From contig BFEA01000038.1 of the NCBI GenBank assembly GCA_003427395.1, positions 1,281,792 to 1,345,791 of the forward strand: a DNA stretch of 64,000 bases, read 5' to 3'. Source of the stretch: Chara braunii. Its lineage: Eukaryota; Plantae; Charophyceae. A program made the translations under genes and the position numbers. This document shows positions 61,201-64,000 of the stretch, piece after piece (the first letter of the stretch is position 1; the number at the start of each line of letters is the position of its first letter). A model generated the notes under the pieces. That model saw only the letters and a list, made by a program, of their open reading frames with translations, did no database searches and was not told the origin of the DNA.

Positions 61201-64000
61201 TATCTCAAGAAACACTCACGTAGCGAGACAGTGGCATGACACTTCTCGTTCTCGCCATAGTTACCATCATTAGTTAGACACGCCAGGTCAGATCACGCTT
61301 TCTTTCCTTTGCTCAGGCGTTATTGTTTGCCTTTCTGTCCTCAGACTCAGCCCTGAAGAATCCTTGACTCACATATCCTTGTTACTAACATAGTCATAGG
61401 TAGCAGCCTAAGGTTACAGATTTTGGATTTAGGGCTTAGGATTTATGTTGAAGTACACATACCTCACTATTTCTTGCCGCCAGAGTTCCGCCTGAACTCC
61501 GGCAGAGCTCCCTCAGTCGCCCTGTCATTGGTCATATACAACTCATGCAATCGATTGCTGGCTCTTAGGGTTAGTTGAGGTCAGGGTTAACTCAACGGGG
61601 ATCAGACCCTAATCAATAAGTCAAGGGGGCATGTATCTGAGAGGACCACACAAAGACAAGTACGGAGGAAGATGGAGGAGGTGGGCTCCATCACAAGTGA
61701 TAGCGTCTCCCTCCTCTCCAATGCCCCATACTCTCCCTCACCTCCGGCCTTGTATTGATGTCTTATGATAGCTATAGTGACTGACAGAGGTAGCGGAAAT
61801 AATCAAGCAATAAAATAATAGAATAAATAAAGTAATAATAAATAATAATAATAATAATAACAACGACCCAAATAATAATGATAATAATAATAATAATAGT
61901 AATGGTGATAATGATATTATCATTTTAATCAGATTAAGGAAAAAAAGATGTCCCTTTTGTTGAAGTTTTCCTTTGTCAGAACTTTCCCTTTCTTCATTTT
62001 TTTCCTCCCCCTCGCTGTCGTCACTCATCAACGGATCCTGATACGGCCAAATCTCGTGAGAGATAGACAATCCTCCGAAAGCAGAGGACAATAATTATTA
62101 AAACCCTCATTTGAGACGCGGCGGACCCACAAACGCAACACAATCCATTCCCTATGTATTGCAGGCCGAGACTACAGCCTGGAACGCAACAGGCACAAGT
62201 GTGTATTTCAACAAGTTAGGCGGATGACGGCCCCACCTCACGACGCCATCAGCGGGTGCATCACTTCACCCTACAAATCCCCGTCCTCGCGTATAATAGG
62301 CAGCGGAAGTAGGTAAAGCAAAATTTACTCTAATAATTATAATAATAATAATAATCATAATATTAATAATAATAATCAATAAACAATAATAATAGTAATG
62401 TTCCCTCTCGTGAGTGCGAACGTTATACAAAAAAACAAGCTGCAAATATCACAAAAACATCTAAGTAATCATGTTCAAGCAGAGAGCACTAGTGCATCGA
62501 GATACGATCCAAGATAAGAGTGATATAATAAACCCGTGAGCCTATGCTCACGCCCTCAGGCCGTACCAACGCAGTATCCAATGTAGTTCCACTCGGCCTG
62601 GCACCCTGCGCCCAACCTACACTTCTTACCTACCCTCCTACAGCCGCATTCACGCAACAGGCTCACTTTGACTGTGAAGCCCAATGTACACGATGTCACT
62701 ACCAGCGCAGTTGTGATTGTATGCCAGGTACGTTTCTCTTTTGTTTTGTTTTTTTTTTCTATCTTTTTCTCTCTCTCTGTCTCACTCTTGGCGTGTACGT
62801 GTCTTTTCTCTGCGTGTGTCACAGGGTATCTGTGTCCCCTTATGTCCTTGTCTGTATCTTGTTGTATATGTCTGTGTCACAGCATCTGTTCGTGTTTGTC
62901 ACATCACCTATGTGTCTCATAGTATCTATGTATGTCACAGTGGCTGTGTGCCTGTGTATCTGTGTAGTTTCACAGTGTCTGTCGCCATGACAAAGTATGT
63001 TGTGTGAGCGTCAGTTGTATCACTTGTCACTATATGTCTCTTCGTCTGAGTCACTGGGCACACGTGCTTGAAGACTGGTCGCCCGATCAGCAATGGGTAC
63101 AATCCATAATGACCAAGTAAGTCTCTCTTTTCCTATCCATATGTGTTCCACTGTGTATGTGTGCATGTCATAGTGTGACTCTATCTGTGCGTTACCGAGT
63201 GCATGCGTTACTGCGTGGCTGTGTAATTGGCTTGTCTGAGTCGTTGTATCATTGTTCGTCCGTGTGAGTGCCCCATCGTCACTTTATGTCATAGTTTGTG
63301 CATGACTGTGTGGGTAACCGTGCGCCGTGCGTCACCGTGCCAGTGTGAGTGTCGTATGTCACAGTCTATGTGTGTGACTGTGTAGGTGACCATGCGATGT
63401 GTGTCACTGTGCCCCGTGTCACTCTATGTCACAATGTGTGACCTTGTAGGTGGCTATGCACAGCATTTCAATCACTGCGTCACTACCACCATACACGTGT
63501 TATTGTGCACCTGTGTGACACATGCCTATAGCGTAATGGTGCAGACCAGAACAAGATTCTGACCTTTCTCACATAGTACAGGATAGCGCAGCGAAAGGCT
63601 AAAGTGCCAATAATTAGATCAATCAATGTCATAATGCAGATCAAGCATACACCGTCATCATTGCAGTCGCCGGGTGTGAAGTCTGTCCGTATGTATGTAA
63701 GCGAGAAGAGAGCAAGTCAGATTACAGGAATAAGAATAAGAATAATAAAAATAATAATAATAATAATAATAATAAATATAAATATAAATATAATAATAAT
63801 AATGAAACGGATTTCACCTTTTGCCGTAGCTGATGCAGAACCAAGATTCGACCCCTAAACCCCACATTACTTGTGTTCAGTAGCTGTGTTGTCCCCGAGA
63901 GTTGAACCCATGACCTGCGTATTCATAGACTATTGGTAGGTCTGTCATAGGTCCATAAGCAGCAGGGGTTAGATTTGTAGATCTATAGAGTAGAGGTCTT
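58268..64000 (-). repeat. 5' LTR of the giant element (partial)
   Basis: Colinear copy of 32093-38180 without the MITE. Confidence 0.95.
59821..60865 (-). repeat. Hairpin array in the giant 5' LTR
   Basis: Same A/B units as 33651-34685. Confidence 0.95.

Larger units (their letters stand above)
32093..64000 (-). mobile_element. Giant non-autonomous (gag-only) LTR retrotransposon with about 9-kb LTRs; 5' LTR runs off the window
   Basis: 32093-38180 is repeated at 58268-64000. tRNA-Asp PBS at 58246-58265 and PPT at 41163. gag is present, but I see no RT or integrase motifs in the internal region. Confidence 0.9.

Overview
Eukaryotic, almost entirely transposon-derived DNA with no host protein-coding gene that I can support. 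Plant-type tRNA-iMet and tRNA-Asp primer sites, a plant-type U6 5' end and TTTAGGG runs suggest a streptophyte; the repeat proteins recall Chara braunii, but this is from memory and unverified. Left to right: (1) a decayed L1-type LINE on the minus strand (1-4495). (2) A complete but decayed chromovirus-like Ty3/Gypsy element (6700-18135, 1.04-kb LTRs, TSD ATAC) whose protease is interrupted by a 2.5-kb non-coding LTR element (11173-13703). (3) A LINE 3' fragment and several MITEs. (4) A minus-strand Gypsy pol remnant with a PHD finger in frame between RNase H and integrase (about 25890-32092). (5) A giant gag-only LTR element with roughly 9-kb LTRs (32093 to beyond 64000), which contains a 9.5-kb solo LTR of a sister family (48413-57929). 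The most interesting signal is shared by the three related LTR families, two of which show a tRNA-Asp primer site. They share little primary sequence but keep a set of covarying RNA-structure elements: arrays of hairpins with a constant loop or core and compensated stems, a U5 motif complementary to the tRNA-Asp anticodon arm, terminal hairpins, and (in the two giant LTRs) a structured 5' splice donor. The solo LTR also carries a U6 snRNA-derived segment.
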